DNA of 63,728 bases, filler included, from an uncultured bacterium (lineage in GTDB: Bacteria; Latescibacterota; UBA2968): the NCBI GenBank assembly GCA_964471275.1. It is 6 parts of 6 records of this genome, joined end to end, with 100 filler letters (N's around TTAATTAATTAA, not from the genome) between each part and the next. Parts side by side here need not be neighbours in the genome. Positions count along the whole stretch, not along the records: positions 1 to 10,879 come from CAYYGZ010000164.1; positions 10,980 to 21,829 come from CAYYGZ010000165.1; 4 more parts are not named here. The stretch is one strand, 5' to 3'. Below, one piece after another: positions 10,432-20,719 of the stretch (positions are counted from its first letter, which is position 1; each line of letters starts with the position of its first letter). A program made the position numbers and the translations under genes. The notes under the pieces are model-generated. The model ran no database searches. It worked only from the letters and a program-made list of their open reading frames with translations, and had not been told where the DNA came from.

Positions 10432-10440
10432 TTCAGGTTA

Positions 10441-10879
10441 CTATCGTCCGTGAATGCTTTTCCACTCCCATTTCGAGAGCCCCTCAGAGTAGCCGATCAT
10501 CACTTCAACTCCGTGCGTCAGCGCCTCTGGATAGAGAGCATAGGCGGTTAGTCGTGCGTGTCCTTCAAGCACGGTCAGGTCTGCTCCCGGCTCAGGGGCG
10601 AAAAGGATGAGTTCGGGGACGTCGACACCATTCTGCAACGCTTTTGCCAGGTCGAGAAACCCCTGATTGCTCTGGCCATACACTTCAACACCGGCCCGGA
10701 TGTTCCCCGCAGCAGCGACCGGGGATCGCGTATCGCCGGAGAGTTCGTTCCAGTATGAGTAGTCGATATATCGAATCTCGAGAATCTCCTCCCGGGCCAG
10801 GACGGCTCGATTCCAGTCTACATCGGCCGGGAACGATTTAAAGAGCGCTCTATTCTGACCATACCCTCTGAAGTCACCG
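10441..10879 (-). CDS. Hypothetical protein (5' truncated by contig end)
   Basis: Open frame from the gap: GDFRGYGQNRALFKSFPADVDW...YIDYSYWNELSG...VLEGHARLTAY. Ends 10 nt before the amidohydrolase start. Confidence 0.6.
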
Positions 10880-10979
10880 NNNNNNNNNNNNNNNNNNNNN
10901 NNNNNNNNNNNNNNNNNNNNNNNTTAATTAATTAANNNNNNNNNNNNNNNNNNNNNNNNNNNNNNNNNNNNNNNNNNNN
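10880..10979. other. Artificial contig linker
   Basis: N-run with central TTAATTAATTAA (stops in all six frames). Confidence 0.98.
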
Positions 10980-12495
10980 TTAGTCTGTCCCGTGGGGCTC
11001 GTGGGTGATGCCTGTCTGGTGGTGGTTCAGCGGTGCTCTGGCCCTTGTCGGGGCAGGATACTTCGTGGTCTGTATCTTCCACCGTCAGTGGGTCGATGCT
11101 GAACGGTTGATGTATCCCCTGGTGCAGTTCCCCGAAGATCTGGTTGAGGGTTTCGACGAAGGACGCGTGATTCCGAACATCCTTCGGAAGCCGGTCTTCT
11201 GGTATGGCTTTGCCTGGACGGCCGGTATCATCCTTTGGAACGTGATCAACTTCTGGTTTACAAACATTCCGAGGATTGATCTGTTCGACAACATCAACGT
11301 GAAGTCGATGCATTTCGCTCGGAATTTCCCGCCCTTCTACGCACGTATTCTCCCACCGGTGATCGGACTCGGCTATCTCTGCAGCCTGGATCTTCTGTTC
11401 AGTTTCTGGTTCTTCGGTATTCTGGCGATTCTGAAGGTGGGCACGTTCAATCGCACGGGGCTGACGATCGGGCTTCCCGGTCAGCCGTCCAAGGCCGGTG
11501 AGATCATCGCTCTGGAATCGCACGGTGCGATGACAGTGCTGGTCATCTGGTCTCTTTGGCTGGCGCGGCGACATATTCGGGAGGTGTGGCAGAAAGCGAG
11601 ATCCGGCGAACGTGGCGATGGTCCGATCCCGTACCGGTTCGCCGTCATCGGGCTGGGCTGCTGCGCCGCCTACGCGTGCAGTTTCCTGATGAAGCTGGGG
11701 ATGTCGTTCGGTCTGGCCGCGGGGCAGCTTGTCCTGATGTTCATCGCCTATTTCGCGACGGTGAAGTACATGGCGGCCAGCGGGTTCGGGTATCTGTTTC
11801 CGGTCTGGACAAAGGGCGGCAGCTTCCTGAAGATCGTGACCGGAACGGCGCGTATGACGACAGCCGACCTGACCGCGCTCAGACTTGCCGATTCACCCGT
11901 TCTGTTTGGCGGCACTCGCCTTCAGACGTTGCAGATGATTCCGCATCATCTGAAGGCGGTGGACCGCGTCACACACGGAAAAGGATTGGCGAACGGCATC
12001 ATCTTCACCGCCTTCATCATGTCCTTCATCGTTAGTGCGGGCACGATCATCTACTACTGCTACATTGAGTCCGCTCTGTTCCTGCGATCGTGGACGTTGT
12101 GGGAGGGCCCCCACGGCATCTTCGGAGGCATTGCCACGTCGCTCGCCGTCACTGAGAAGACGGTGTTCGATCCACAGAAAATGGGGATGTGGCTGTTCGG
12201 TGGGGCTGAAGCATCGCTGCTTGCTGTACTGCGATCGCGATTTGCGTGGTGGCCGTTCCATCCGCTCGGTCTCGCCTTCCAATACACGACCGGTCCGCGC
12301 TATTATGCCCTCAGTATCTTCCTTGTCTGGGCCGCCAAGCTCATTATCCTGCGCACGGGGGGGCCTCGTCTCTACGAGAAGGCCAAGCCATTCTTCCTGG
12401 GCACAGTCGTCGGGTATTGCATCGGCATCGGAATACAGATGGCGATCGATCTGATATGGTTCCCGGGCGAGGGACACGGGTTTCATAATTTCTAG
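10980..12495 (+). CDS. Polytopic membrane protein, DUF6785/DUF6784-like putative transporter (5' truncated)
   Basis: RQW...ERLMYPLVQ, IGLGYL...DLLFSFWFF, WWPFHPLG, ILRTGG...KPFFLG. Many TM helices; pattern recalled from this DUF family. Confidence 0.7.
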
Positions 12496-12531
12496 GCATA
12501 GGGAACAGAGCTCTTCCAATTGATGTTGACT

Positions 12532-12599
12532 GCAGGGGGCAGAGGTGCAGGGAGCAGGGGTGAAAACACCCTCCGCTCCTCTGCTTCCTGCCCCTCTGC
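12532..12599. repeat. Imperfect palindrome made of GCAGGGG/CCCTCTGC units
   Basis: GCAGGGGGCAGAGGTGCAGGGAGCAGGGGTG-AAAA-CACCCTCCGCTCCTCTGCTTCCTGCCCCTCTGC. GCAGGGGGCAGAGG recurs at 13798-13811. Confidence 0.65.
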
Positions 12600-12615
12600 G
12601 TCGTGGGTAAGGTCG

Positions 12616-13782
12616 ATGAATACAAATCCGGAACAGCAGAAGGCACGCGCATACCTGAAGTCGATCATGCCCACAAGGGCGATGGTTGATCACTTTGCGA
12701 GCGCACAGGATGCGGAGACCGATATTCCAGTCGACCTCGGCGGGATCATGTGCAACAACGCAAAATCTACATACGATCCGGAGATCGGGTGGGTCGTCTG
12801 TGACGGATACCGAGGTGGGAGTGTGGATGGGTCGTTCGGGTTCTACTCCTACGAAGCCGACGGGGCAAGACGGGTCGTCAATTTCCCGGATCGGGTCTCT
12901 CGCATCCACACGTATGGGAACAGTTTCACTCACTGCGATCAAGTGAGTGACGGCGAAACGTGGCAGGAGTATCTGGCTGCTCATCTGCAGGAACCGATTC
13001 GGAATTACGGAATCGGCGGACACAGTGTCTATCAGGCTTATCGGCGCATGCGCGTTGTCGAGCCGGATCATCCGGCGGATACCCTCATTCTGAATGTGTG
13101 GGACGATGACCACTTTCGGAATCTGGATGCGTGGAGATCGATTCGGATGGGACGGCAGGGAAGGTTCACACTTCCGTTTCTGCGTGTGAGCATTGACAAC
13201 GGCTCGTGCGAGGAGATCGACAATATCTGCCCGAAGGCCGAGGATCTGTACCAACTGCTGGACGAAGATTGGGTCTGGAAGACATTCGGGGATGACCCTG
13301 TGCTGAAGGCCGTGATGGCGCGTAGAGGAGAGGGGGACGATCGGGCAGCCCTTGAGGCGTTCGGCGCAACGGATCTCGCAAACTCGGGATCTGATGCTGT
13401 TGTCTATCAGGCACAGACGGAAGCAGCACTGTTCGCGACGCGATGCACGATCGAGAAGGCTGCCGCTTTCTGCGAGGAGACGGGGAAGCAGCTGCTCGTC
13501 CTGCTTTCGTTCAGCAGTCGGAGCATTCGTCAGGCACTTGCCGACGAACCGCTGTTCGATCAGACATTTCTCGATTGGCTGGCGGCTTCAGACTTCGAGT
13601 GGTTCGACTTGCGAACAGCCTTTCGCGACGACTATGCCCGACACAGTGTGTCGATCGACGATTACCTCGATCCGCTCTATATCGGCCACCACACACCGAG
13701 AGGAAATTTCTTCTTCGCCTGGGCGATCAAGGATTGGCTGGTTGAGAGATTGGAGCCGAAGCCGATTCCGTATGCAGGATGA
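12616..13782 (+). CDS. SGNH/GDSL-like hydrolase fold hypothetical protein
   Basis: YGNSFT (block I), NYGIGG (block II) and C-terminal GHHTPRGN (block V-like). Confidence 0.65.
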   Translation: MNTNPEQQKARAYLKSIMPTRAMVDHFASAQDAETDIPVDLGGIMCNNAKSTYDPEIGWVVCDGYRGGSVDGSFGFYSYEADGARRVVNFPDRVSRIHTYGNSFTHCDQVSDGETWQEYLAAHLQEPIRNYGIGGHSVYQAYRRMRVVEPDHPADTLILNVWDDDHFRNLDAWRSIRMGRQGRFTLPFLRVSIDNGSCEEIDNICPKAEDLYQLLDEDWVWKTFGDDPVLKAVMARRGEGDDRAALEAFGATDLANSGSDAVVYQAQTEAALFATRCTIEKAAAFCEETGKQLLVLLSFSSRSIRQALADEPLFDQTFLDWLAASDFEWFDLRTAFRDDYARHSVSIDDYLDPLYIGHHTPRGNFFFAWAIKDWLVERLEPKPIPYAG

Positions 13783-14240
13783 TGAGGTGGCGGTGGAGCA
13801 GGGGGCAGAGGCGAGCAAGACCGGCTATTGTCCCCGTCCACGTTGAAGGGAACGTTTGTCCATCGGCCGATCATCCCATCGGTATCGTTGGTTGCTGTGA
13901 TTGTGTAGTAGCCGGAGGCTCCGCGTTTCCGGAAACGTTGGGCCGAGATCACGATCGCGATCTCGGCTTCACCGTCCGCATCGGTGGCCGCATACCAGCT
14001 CTGATCGGGTGTGCTGCCCGAGACAGATTGCATAACCGTTACCTCGACATCCGGGTCAGGATTCCCGTCAGCGGTGAGTATCTGGAGCGCGATCGATGCG
14101 CTCTGACAGATCCGTTTGGTCAGTGGTTGAGCCTCGTCATTTTCGGGTCCGGTAAGGGTAGGGGAGTCGCCACAGCCAATCATTTCGACTGCCGTCAGAA
14201 GCGGGATAACGATCTTTGAATACTGCTTGAACTGAGAGAT
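13677..14240 (-). pseudogene. Possible truncated secreted/lipoprotein with carboxypeptidase-regulatory-like beta domain
   Basis: KIVIPLLTAVEMIGC lipobox-like segment followed by a beta-rich region (QILTADGNPDPDVEVTV...TDADGEAEI...GYYTITA). It degenerates at the 13798 repeat and overlaps the opposite gene; the start is unclear. Confidence 0.35.
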
Positions 14241-14646
14241 GCTTTCCCTCCTCGTGCAGATGACGTTTGCATTAAGCTCAGTTCGAGGACGGGCGCCCAT
14301 AGTCCCCGACGGGTGGCGGTGTTCTGCTCTGCAAGGTCCGTCGTGTGCATGAAGCTTGCCGTTGGTTGCTTTCTGCATCAAACAACAACGGCGAGGAGTC
14401 GTGATCTGCCTTGCTACAGGCATTTCCTTCGATCTTTGACAGGACGTGTCGACTTTTTCAGCGGGTGGTGTCCGTACTGTGTCGTGCCAGGAGTTTGGCA
14501 TCCGGATACACTGTCGTAGTCTTGCCACTGTCCGTTGGGATCTGCGAACACTCCCTTCCCGGCAACTGAGTCATCTACAGAATCGCGGACATTGGATGAA
14601 TCAGCAGTGAAATCAGCTTGATCCTGAGATTGTCGGCGTGCCCGAA

Positions 14647-15441
14647 CTAGCTTCTCCGCACGGCAAAACCGGCGCCTTCGAGAAGCTGGATGATTCGATT
14701 GGCGGCCTCAATGTAGTTCTCTCGGCCAGATACGTGGAATTGCTGAGAATGAAGCAGGTGTGGCTCTATGGTGATACAGCCAGCGTAGCCCATTTGGCAG
14801 AGACGTTCGAAGATTTCGGGATATCNNNNNNNNNNGGCGATGTAGTCTTTCAGACTCTCGAAGAGATCGATTCCAACTTCGCCGTGCGCACCAAAGTTGC
14901 CGGGGTCAAAGTTGAGGCGGAAATACGGGGAGTCCACTTCTTCTAGTGCTCTCAGGCATTCGGGGCCGGTACAGACGGCTGATGTCCTGTTCGGTGGATT
15001 CTCGAGTATGAGAGTCTTGTTCCCCGCTGCGGCTATTTCGGTCATTGCGGCATAAATCTCAATGGCGATTGCAGACCAGTCGGTTCCTTCGTTGCCTGTC
15101 TTGTATCCCATTGTGCGCAGTTGGTTTGTGCCAACGTAGTCGGCACGTTGAACGGCACGGGTGATGTACGATATGTCCTGTGCGCAATTGGCTTCGTCGG
15201 GTACCGTCCGGCCTACCTGACCGAGATAGGTGGTGACGGAGAAACCTCGCTCTCTGATACGGTCTGCGACACGGATGAATGTGTCGTCATCCATCTGATC
15301 GACCATTTCACCATATGCCGCGCGCAGTTCAATAAACTTGATTTGAAGCTCATCAAGCACATCCAGCCCTTCGTCCAGATTCCACGATGGGCTGGGTTCG
15401 TCGTTAACCCCGGCAATCCTAACTGTTGGAGACGTGTTCAT
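14647..15441 (-). CDS. Sugar phosphate isomerase/epimerase (xylose isomerase-like TIM barrel); contains a 10-N gap
   Basis: FIELR, LILEN, LNFDPGNF and ITIEPH metal-binding pattern. Confidence 0.8.
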   Translation of the reverse strand: MNTSPTVRIAGVNDEPSPSWNLDEGLDVLDELQIKFIELRAAYGEMVDQMDDDTFIRVADRIRERGFSVTTYLGQVGRTVPDEANCAQDISYITRAVQRADYVGTNQLRTMGYKTGNEGTDWSAIAIEIYAAMTEIAAAGNKTLILENPPNRTSAVCTGPECLRALEEVDSPYFRLNFDPGNFGAHGEVGIDLFESLKDYIAXXXXYPEIFERLCQMGYAGCITIEPHLLHSQQFHVSGRENYIEAANRIIQLLEGAGFAVRRS

Positions 15442-15601
15442 AGAAACCTCTATTGAAGTACAAGGTGAGTATGTGATTGTAGAATCTGTCTGATGTCTGT
15501 GCGTGTGATTGCTGCGATCAGAAGCTCTCAGAACGAAGCGACTACGACAGGATTTTCGGCACACCCCTCGTTTGCTTCCTGAGCGGAAGCCGGGAGGATC
15601 A

Positions 15602-16366
15602 CTACGGCCGGTGAAACTTGACGACCAGCTCGGAGCCCTTTCCATATGTTTCCTCAACATACCCGCACCACGTATCGACGATGTCGAATCCGTGGTCACG
15701 AATCACAGGGGTGAATTCGTCCGGGTTATGGATGCGCAACGTGGTGACGTAGGAGGCTTCATCGAGTATCTCATCGTTCACGTAGTACCGGTATGTGATT
15801 TCTGTATAGACCACGAGAGGCGATAACCTGACGCGTTTCTTCCTGTAGGATTGCTTCAGGAGCCCGTCTTTGTAGGGCACTTCAAAGGCCTGGATTTCCT
15901 CTTCATTGCCCCCTGGTGTAAGCAGGTCTTTCGGGAGCGCGCTAGGGTCGAAGAGGCTGAGGATGCAGGCATCGCTGGTAGCCAGGTGGCGCTCGATGGT
16001 ATCAAACAATCGATCAATTTCCTGATCCGTCTCGATGTTGTGCATAGCCTTGCCGGGTGCCGTGATGAGACCGAACCACCGCCCCAGGTCAGGGGTTGTT
16101 ATGTCACCGCCGACCAACTCGATGTTTGCCGAATCGCTCTGCTTCAATTTCTGTCCGCACACCTCCAGCATCGCTCGTGACTTCTCGACCCCGACGATGA
16201 GATCGCAGTGTTCAGACAGGGGTAGAAGCACGCAACCAGTGCCGCACCCCAGCTCGAGTACCATTCGGTCGCCCGGCAGGATGTGGTCCAAGTAGAATGG
16301 GATGTCACTCGTCGAGGCATTGGTCGCATCATAGTATTTGGCGACGGGATCGCGGAGGTCGATCAC
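15602..16366 (-). CDS. Class I SAM-dependent methyltransferase
   Basis: VLELGCGTG motif I, GVEKSRAML, GDIT. Confidence 0.85.
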   Translation of the reverse strand: MIDLRDPVAKYYDATNASTSDIPFYLDHILPGDRMVLELGCGTGCVLLPLSEHCDLIVGVEKSRAMLEVCGQKLKQSDSANIELVGGDITTPDLGRWFGLITAPGKAMHNIETDQEIDRLFDTIERHLATSDACILSLFDPSALPKDLLTPGGNEEEIQAFEVPYKDGLLKQSYRKKRVRLSPLVVYTEITYRYYVNDEILDEASYVTTLRIHNPDEFTPVIRDHGFDIVDTWCGYVEETYGKGSELVVKFHRP

Positions 16367-16761
16367 GTGTCACCTCATTGCTGGTCTGAATAGATCGCGG
16401 GGAAGCATGTAAAGTATAATATCCGGCCGAGTCATCCCTGTCCCTTTATCCCGGGCCCAATTTGCCAAGTTGGGATGGGGTCAGGAGGAGGTCGCGGTTG
16501 TTGTGCTGGATGCCCCTGGGCAATCTTGGGAAGCAGCTTCCCTTCGCTGCATTGAGCGTGCCCGGGGAGGAGTGCGCGCCAACTGCGCAGGTGTTACACG
16601 TAGACAGATCCACGACCGCAACTCTGACACTGACCAACGATCGGCTACCCACTGTTCGCCCTCTTCCGGTGTGCCTGCGTGTTGCTTGAGCTGGCCATTC
16701 TGTTTAGAATGCTTTCCTAACAGGGGCCTGACAGGTTCACCGAAAACGATGGATTGCGATC

Positions 16762-18072
16762 ATGAGTCTACTGGAACGATTCCTCAGTCCGCAGCATGCG
16801 CCGCCAAAGGAATTGTCAACGAAGTCCACTTCTGCCTGGGCGGAGATGGACGCTGAAGGTCGGGTGGTTCTGCCTCCCGAGGTGGTGGCAGGATTTGGCC
16901 TGAAGCCGGGTGCCAGGATTCGTCTGGACAAGGGCACAAACCATTTCCTCCTGCACCGTCCGGCAACCCAGTTGACCAAGGTCTACATTGAGCCCACCGT
17001 GGCCTGCAACCTAGGCTGTATCACCTGTTTTCGAAACGAGTGGGATCAGCCGATGGGAAGCATGAGCGATGCTACCTTCACCAGCATACTCGATGGATTG
17101 AAGGAGTTGGACCCGGTTCCCAGCGTGTATTTCGGTGGCATCGGAGAGCCGCTCACCCATCCCAGGACCGTTGATTGGGTGAAGCAGATCAAGGCGCTGG
17201 GTGCCAAGGTAGAGTTGATCACGAACGGGACGACTCTCACCGAGAAGATATCCCGGAAGCTGATCGATTCCGGACTGGACGTACTCTGGGTTTCATTAGA
17301 CGGTGCGTCACCGGAGACTTTCGAGGATGTGCGCCCTGGGGCGGATCTGTCCAGTATATCGAGAAATCTGAAGCGCTTTGCCCGCACGCGGCCAGCCGGC
17401 CATCACCGTAAGCCGGAAATTGGCGTCGCATTCGTGGCGATGAAGCGCAACATCGCGGACCTGCCTGGAGTCATCCGGTTGGGAAAATCGATCAACGCCA
17501 CGCGTTTTTCGGTGAGCAACATCCAGCCGGCCACCGCCGAGATGCAGGACGAAGCGCTTTACACACAGACCTTGCACAACATCGCATACATGGAGGCACC
17601 TAACCTGCCCCGCCTTACACTTCCCAAGATGGATTTCAACGAGACAACCCGGGAAGCCCTGTTCGAAGCCTTCAACAGCCAGCTCAATGTCGAATTCGCG
17701 GGTAACAACTGGGGTGGCGCCAATGACACGTGCAACTTCATCGAAAGCGGGACGACATCCATCGCCTGGAATGGGGATGTCAGCCCGTGCTGGCCGCTGA
17801 TGCACACCCACACCAGCTATCTGCACGGAAAGCCGCGTGTGTCCCGCAAGCACGTGATTGGTAACGTGGCCGATGAGTCACTGGAGAAACTGTGGCTCGA
17901 TCCAGGCTACCTGGATTACCGCGAGCGACTTCACAATTTTGCCTTCGCTCCCTGCAGTTTCTGCGGCGGGTGCGATCTCTCGGAGTCCAACGAGGAGGAC
18001 TGTCTCGGGAACACGACGTTCCCTGTTTGCGGTGGATGCTTGTGGGCACAAGGGATCATCCAGTGCCCCTGA
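16762..18072 (+). CDS. Radical SAM/SPASM protein with N-terminal AbrB-like domain; tungsten-oxidoreductase maturase type
   Basis: MDAEGRVVLPPEV...GLKPG (AbrB-like); CNLGCITC; GGIGEP; SPASM cysteines (GDVSPC...CSFCGGC...EEDC...CGGC). Lies in the same cluster as AOR. Confidence 0.85.
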   Translation: MSLLERFLSPQHAPPKELSTKSTSAWAEMDAEGRVVLPPEVVAGFGLKPGARIRLDKGTNHFLLHRPATQLTKVYIEPTVACNLGCITCFRNEWDQPMGSMSDATFTSILDGLKELDPVPSVYFGGIGEPLTHPRTVDWVKQIKALGAKVELITNGTTLTEKISRKLIDSGLDVLWVSLDGASPETFEDVRPGADLSSISRNLKRFARTRPAGHHRKPEIGVAFVAMKRNIADLPGVIRLGKSINATRFSVSNIQPATAEMQDEALYTQTLHNIAYMEAPNLPRLTLPKMDFNETTREALFEAFNSQLNVEFAGNNWGGANDTCNFIESGTTSIAWNGDVSPCWPLMHTHTSYLHGKPRVSRKHVIGNVADESLEKLWLDPGYLDYRERLHNFAFAPCSFCGGCDLSESNEEDCLGNTTFPVCGGCLWAQGIIQCP

Positions 18073-18163
18073 TCGTACCTTCAGAAAATACGATTCGTGA
18101 TGGCTACCGGCAGGCGCCGCAGAATTATCGTCGCTGAACAGTCTGTAAGGAAGGAAGGCTCTT

Positions 18164-18442
18164 GTGAAGGTGCATTTCTACGCGATGTTGCGAGACCATG
18201 TCGGTGGGGCGGCCGTCGAGTTGGATCTGGAGCCAGGATCGAGCGCCCTGGAACTGATCGAGCTGGTTGTGGCCAAACACCCGACCCTGGATGCGGCGCT
18301 GCTCGATAAGGACCGACATCTCCACAAGCATATGAAGATGTTCATCAACGGCCGTGAGGTGGTCTACCTCGAAGCACAGTTCGATTACGTTCTGCAACCG
18401 ACGGACAAGGTGGATATCTTTCCTCCCGTCGCAGGTGGTTAA
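18164..18442 (+). CDS. moaD: MoaD/ThiS/SAMP family sulfur-carrier protein
   Basis: MKVHFYAMLRD...MFING...IFPPVAGG with C-terminal Gly-Gly. Confidence 0.88.
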   Translation: MKVHFYAMLRDHVGGAAVELDLEPGSSALELIELVVAKHPTLDAALLDKDRHLHKHMKMFINGREVVYLEAQFDYVLQPTDKVDIFPPVAGG

Positions 18443-18565
18443 GACTCGTCACGAAACAGGTGATGGGCCTTGTTCGCGTAGGGTCATATTCTCCCGGGCT
18501 TTGCCCGATGTGATCCTGCATTTGCTTAGTGACAATGCTCCAGGGTCGGTCAAGGTATAAGTGGC

Positions 18566-18850
18566 ATGTGTTCAGATCCGGATAGTGCATCCAGACGTAT
18601 CATTACCCGGGAGATGCGGGGAATTCCCTTCTTTCTGCTGCGAGAGTATCTCGTGGAACTGGGGGGAACTGCCACTCAGGAGGACCGGGTGGAGGGCGCT
18701 GGCTGGTGGGTGAGCCTGTTCAGGATGGAACCGTTCCGCATCGGTTCCCTGTCTGTAGGGCAGACGAGGCTGGTAATTGAGATCGGCGACCCACTGGCGG
18801 ATGAATTCATGGAGCGCTTCGAGATGAAGACGCTCCGGGCCGGCGCATAG
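18566..18850 (+). CDS. DUF1952-like small protein
   Basis: REMRGIPFFLLREYLVELGG...FEMKTLRAGA. Resembles the small proteins found beside AOR/MoaD genes (recalled family pattern). Confidence 0.6.
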   Translation: MCSDPDSASRRIITREMRGIPFFLLREYLVELGGTATQEDRVEGAGWWVSLFRMEPFRIGSLSVGQTRLVIEIGDPLADEFMERFEMKTLRAGA

Positions 18851-18887
18851 AAGAGAGACGACCACCGGGTTGGCAGCCGTCTCTCTT
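18851..18887. terminator. Bidirectional hairpin between convergent genes
   Basis: AAGAGAGACG...CGTCTCTCTT inverted repeat. Confidence 0.6.
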
Positions 18888-18898
18888 GATTGATGGGT

Positions 18899-20719
18899 CT
18901 AGATGATTTCCAGTTCTCTCAATTTCGATTCTGGAACGACACCATTGACCCAGCCACGTTTCTCGTAATACTCCTCGAGCATGTTCTCCAGTTCGCAGAC
19001 GTTGCCTTCCGAACCGGGCTGGTCGGACGGTTCGTCGGTGAACCGGCGGGGCAGGACGTCGCTGCCTTCACCGTGGCCCGCCAGGTTGTTGTAGTGGCGC
19101 TCCAGATTGTAGATTCGATCCCCCGTTTTCAGCACGTCCTCACCGGTGAAGGGAATGCCCACCATGGCCGAATACTGCTGTGCGTACTCATCCACCCCCT
19201 GGGCAAAGGCGCTGAACTTGCAGAGGTCCATGCTGTCAGAGAAGGCGTGCACGTTCTGGAAGATCATGGCCAGTTCGCCCTTACCTTCCCAGGCCAGCGG
19301 ATCGACTTTGAGTGATCCAAAGGGCATCACGCCCAGCTCTGCCGCAGGCGTGTATGCACGCAGATGGCACGCACCCCGGTTGGAGGTGGCGTATGCGATT
19401 CCCATACCCTTGAGTCCGCGTGGGTCGTAAGCTGGGATGGCCTGCCCCTTCACTGCCATGGCGATTTCAGGATGCCCGAAGGATTCCGCCGCGCGGGTCG
19501 TGCCTTCGGCAAGCTGATCTCCCACGCCCTCACGTGCTGCGATCGCGTCGAGCAAGGCCACCATGCCCTCAGCATCACCCCACTTCATGTTCCCGCCATC
19601 GGCATACCCCTTCTGACAGGCTTCCATGTAGACCGACATGACGTTACCCATTTCAATCGTGTCGAAGCCGTAGTCGTTGCACTGGTCTATCAGCTTGGCG
19701 ATGGCGTTGACGTCGCTGTTTCCACAGTTGGAACCGAAGGCCCAGGCCGATTCGTACTCTATCGATTCCGTGCGCAATCCCTTCCACGCACCCTCCTTTA
19801 CCTCCACCTCCTTCTTGCAGGCCACCGGGCAGGCGTGGCAGGTGGGGTCATTGACCAGGATGTTGTCTTTGACATACTCGCCGCTCGTGGGTTCTGCCCC
19901 ATCGCCAAAGGCAGTCTTCTGGCTGTTGTGAGTGGGCAGCGCGCCGACGCTGTTGGCAATGTTCATCAGTACGTTGGTGCCATAGACCGACAGGCCGCCC
20001 TTCCGCGGGCTGGTGATGTTCTCTTCGGCCATGATGGTTGAAAGCGCGCGTTTCTGTGCTTCCTTCCAGCGGTCCCGGTCTGCCGTACGGACGATGCTCT
20101 TCTTTGCGCTGATGACGATGGCCTTGAGATTCTTGCTACCCCCGACGCAGCCGGTGCCGCCCCGTCCGCTGGCCCGGTCGTCCTCGTTCATCCAGCAGGC
20201 AAAGCGGGACAGGTTCTCACCCGCTTTGCCGATGGTGATGACGGACAGGTCCTTCTCGCCATACTTGTCCTGGAAGAACTTGACCGTGTCGTGCACGTTC
20301 CGTCCCCACACCTCGGACGCATCAAGCAGTTCGACACGCTCGTCGGTGACGTAGGCATACACGGGCTGCTCGGATTTGCCGCTGAAGATCACCCCGTCAA
20401 ATCCGGCCCACCGAAGCCGTGCGGCGCTCCACCCCCCCTGATGGCTGTCTGTGACCGTGCCTGTCAGGGGCGATTTGGTGACCACGGCCATCCGCCCGCT
20501 CATGTTTGCCTCGGATCCGGTCATCGGCCCGTTCAAGAAACACAGGATGTTCTCCGGTGAGAGCGGGTCGACCTGCGGACGGTTCTCGAACACATACTTG
20601 ACACCCAAACCTCGGGCGCCAACATACTTTCGCTTCCAGTCTTCCGGTGAGTCCTTGTACTCGACTTGCCCCGCCGTCAGATCAACGAAACCGATTCTGT
20701 TTGCATATCCGCCAAGCAT
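18899..20719 (-). CDS. aor: Aldehyde:ferredoxin oxidoreductase (tungsten AOR family)
   Basis: KSPLTG, GGWSAARLRWAGFDG, GRGGTG-VGGSKNLKA, CHACPVAC, EYES, NDYGFDTIE, YDPRG and RGACH motifs. Confidence 0.95.
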   Translation of the reverse strand: MLGGYANRIGFVDLTAGQVEYKDSPEDWKRKYVGARGLGVKYVFENRPQVDPLSPENILCFLNGPMTGSEANMSGRMAVVTKSPLTGTVTDSHQGGWSAARLRWAGFDGVIFSGKSEQPVYAYVTDERVELLDASEVWGRNVHDTVKFFQDKYGEKDLSVITIGKAGENLSRFACWMNEDDRASGRGGTGCVGGSKNLKAIVISAKKSIVRTADRDRWKEAQKRALSTIMAEENITSPRKGGLSVYGTNVLMNIANSVGALPTHNSQKTAFGDGAEPTSGEYVKDNILVNDPTCHACPVACKKEVEVKEGAWKGLRTESIEYESAWAFGSNCGNSDVNAIAKLIDQCNDYGFDTIEMGNVMSVYMEACQKGYADGGNMKWGDAEGMVALLDAIAAREGVGDQLAEGTTRAAESFGHPEIAMAVKGQAIPAYDPRGLKGMGIAYATSNRGACHLRAYTPAAELGVMPFGSLKVDPLAWEGKGELAMIFQNVHAFSDSMDLCKFSAFAQGVDEYAQQYSAMVGIPFTGEDVLKTGDRIYNLERHYNNLAGHGEGSDVLPRRFTDEPSDQPGSEGNVCELENMLEEYYEKRGWVNGVVPESKLRELEII

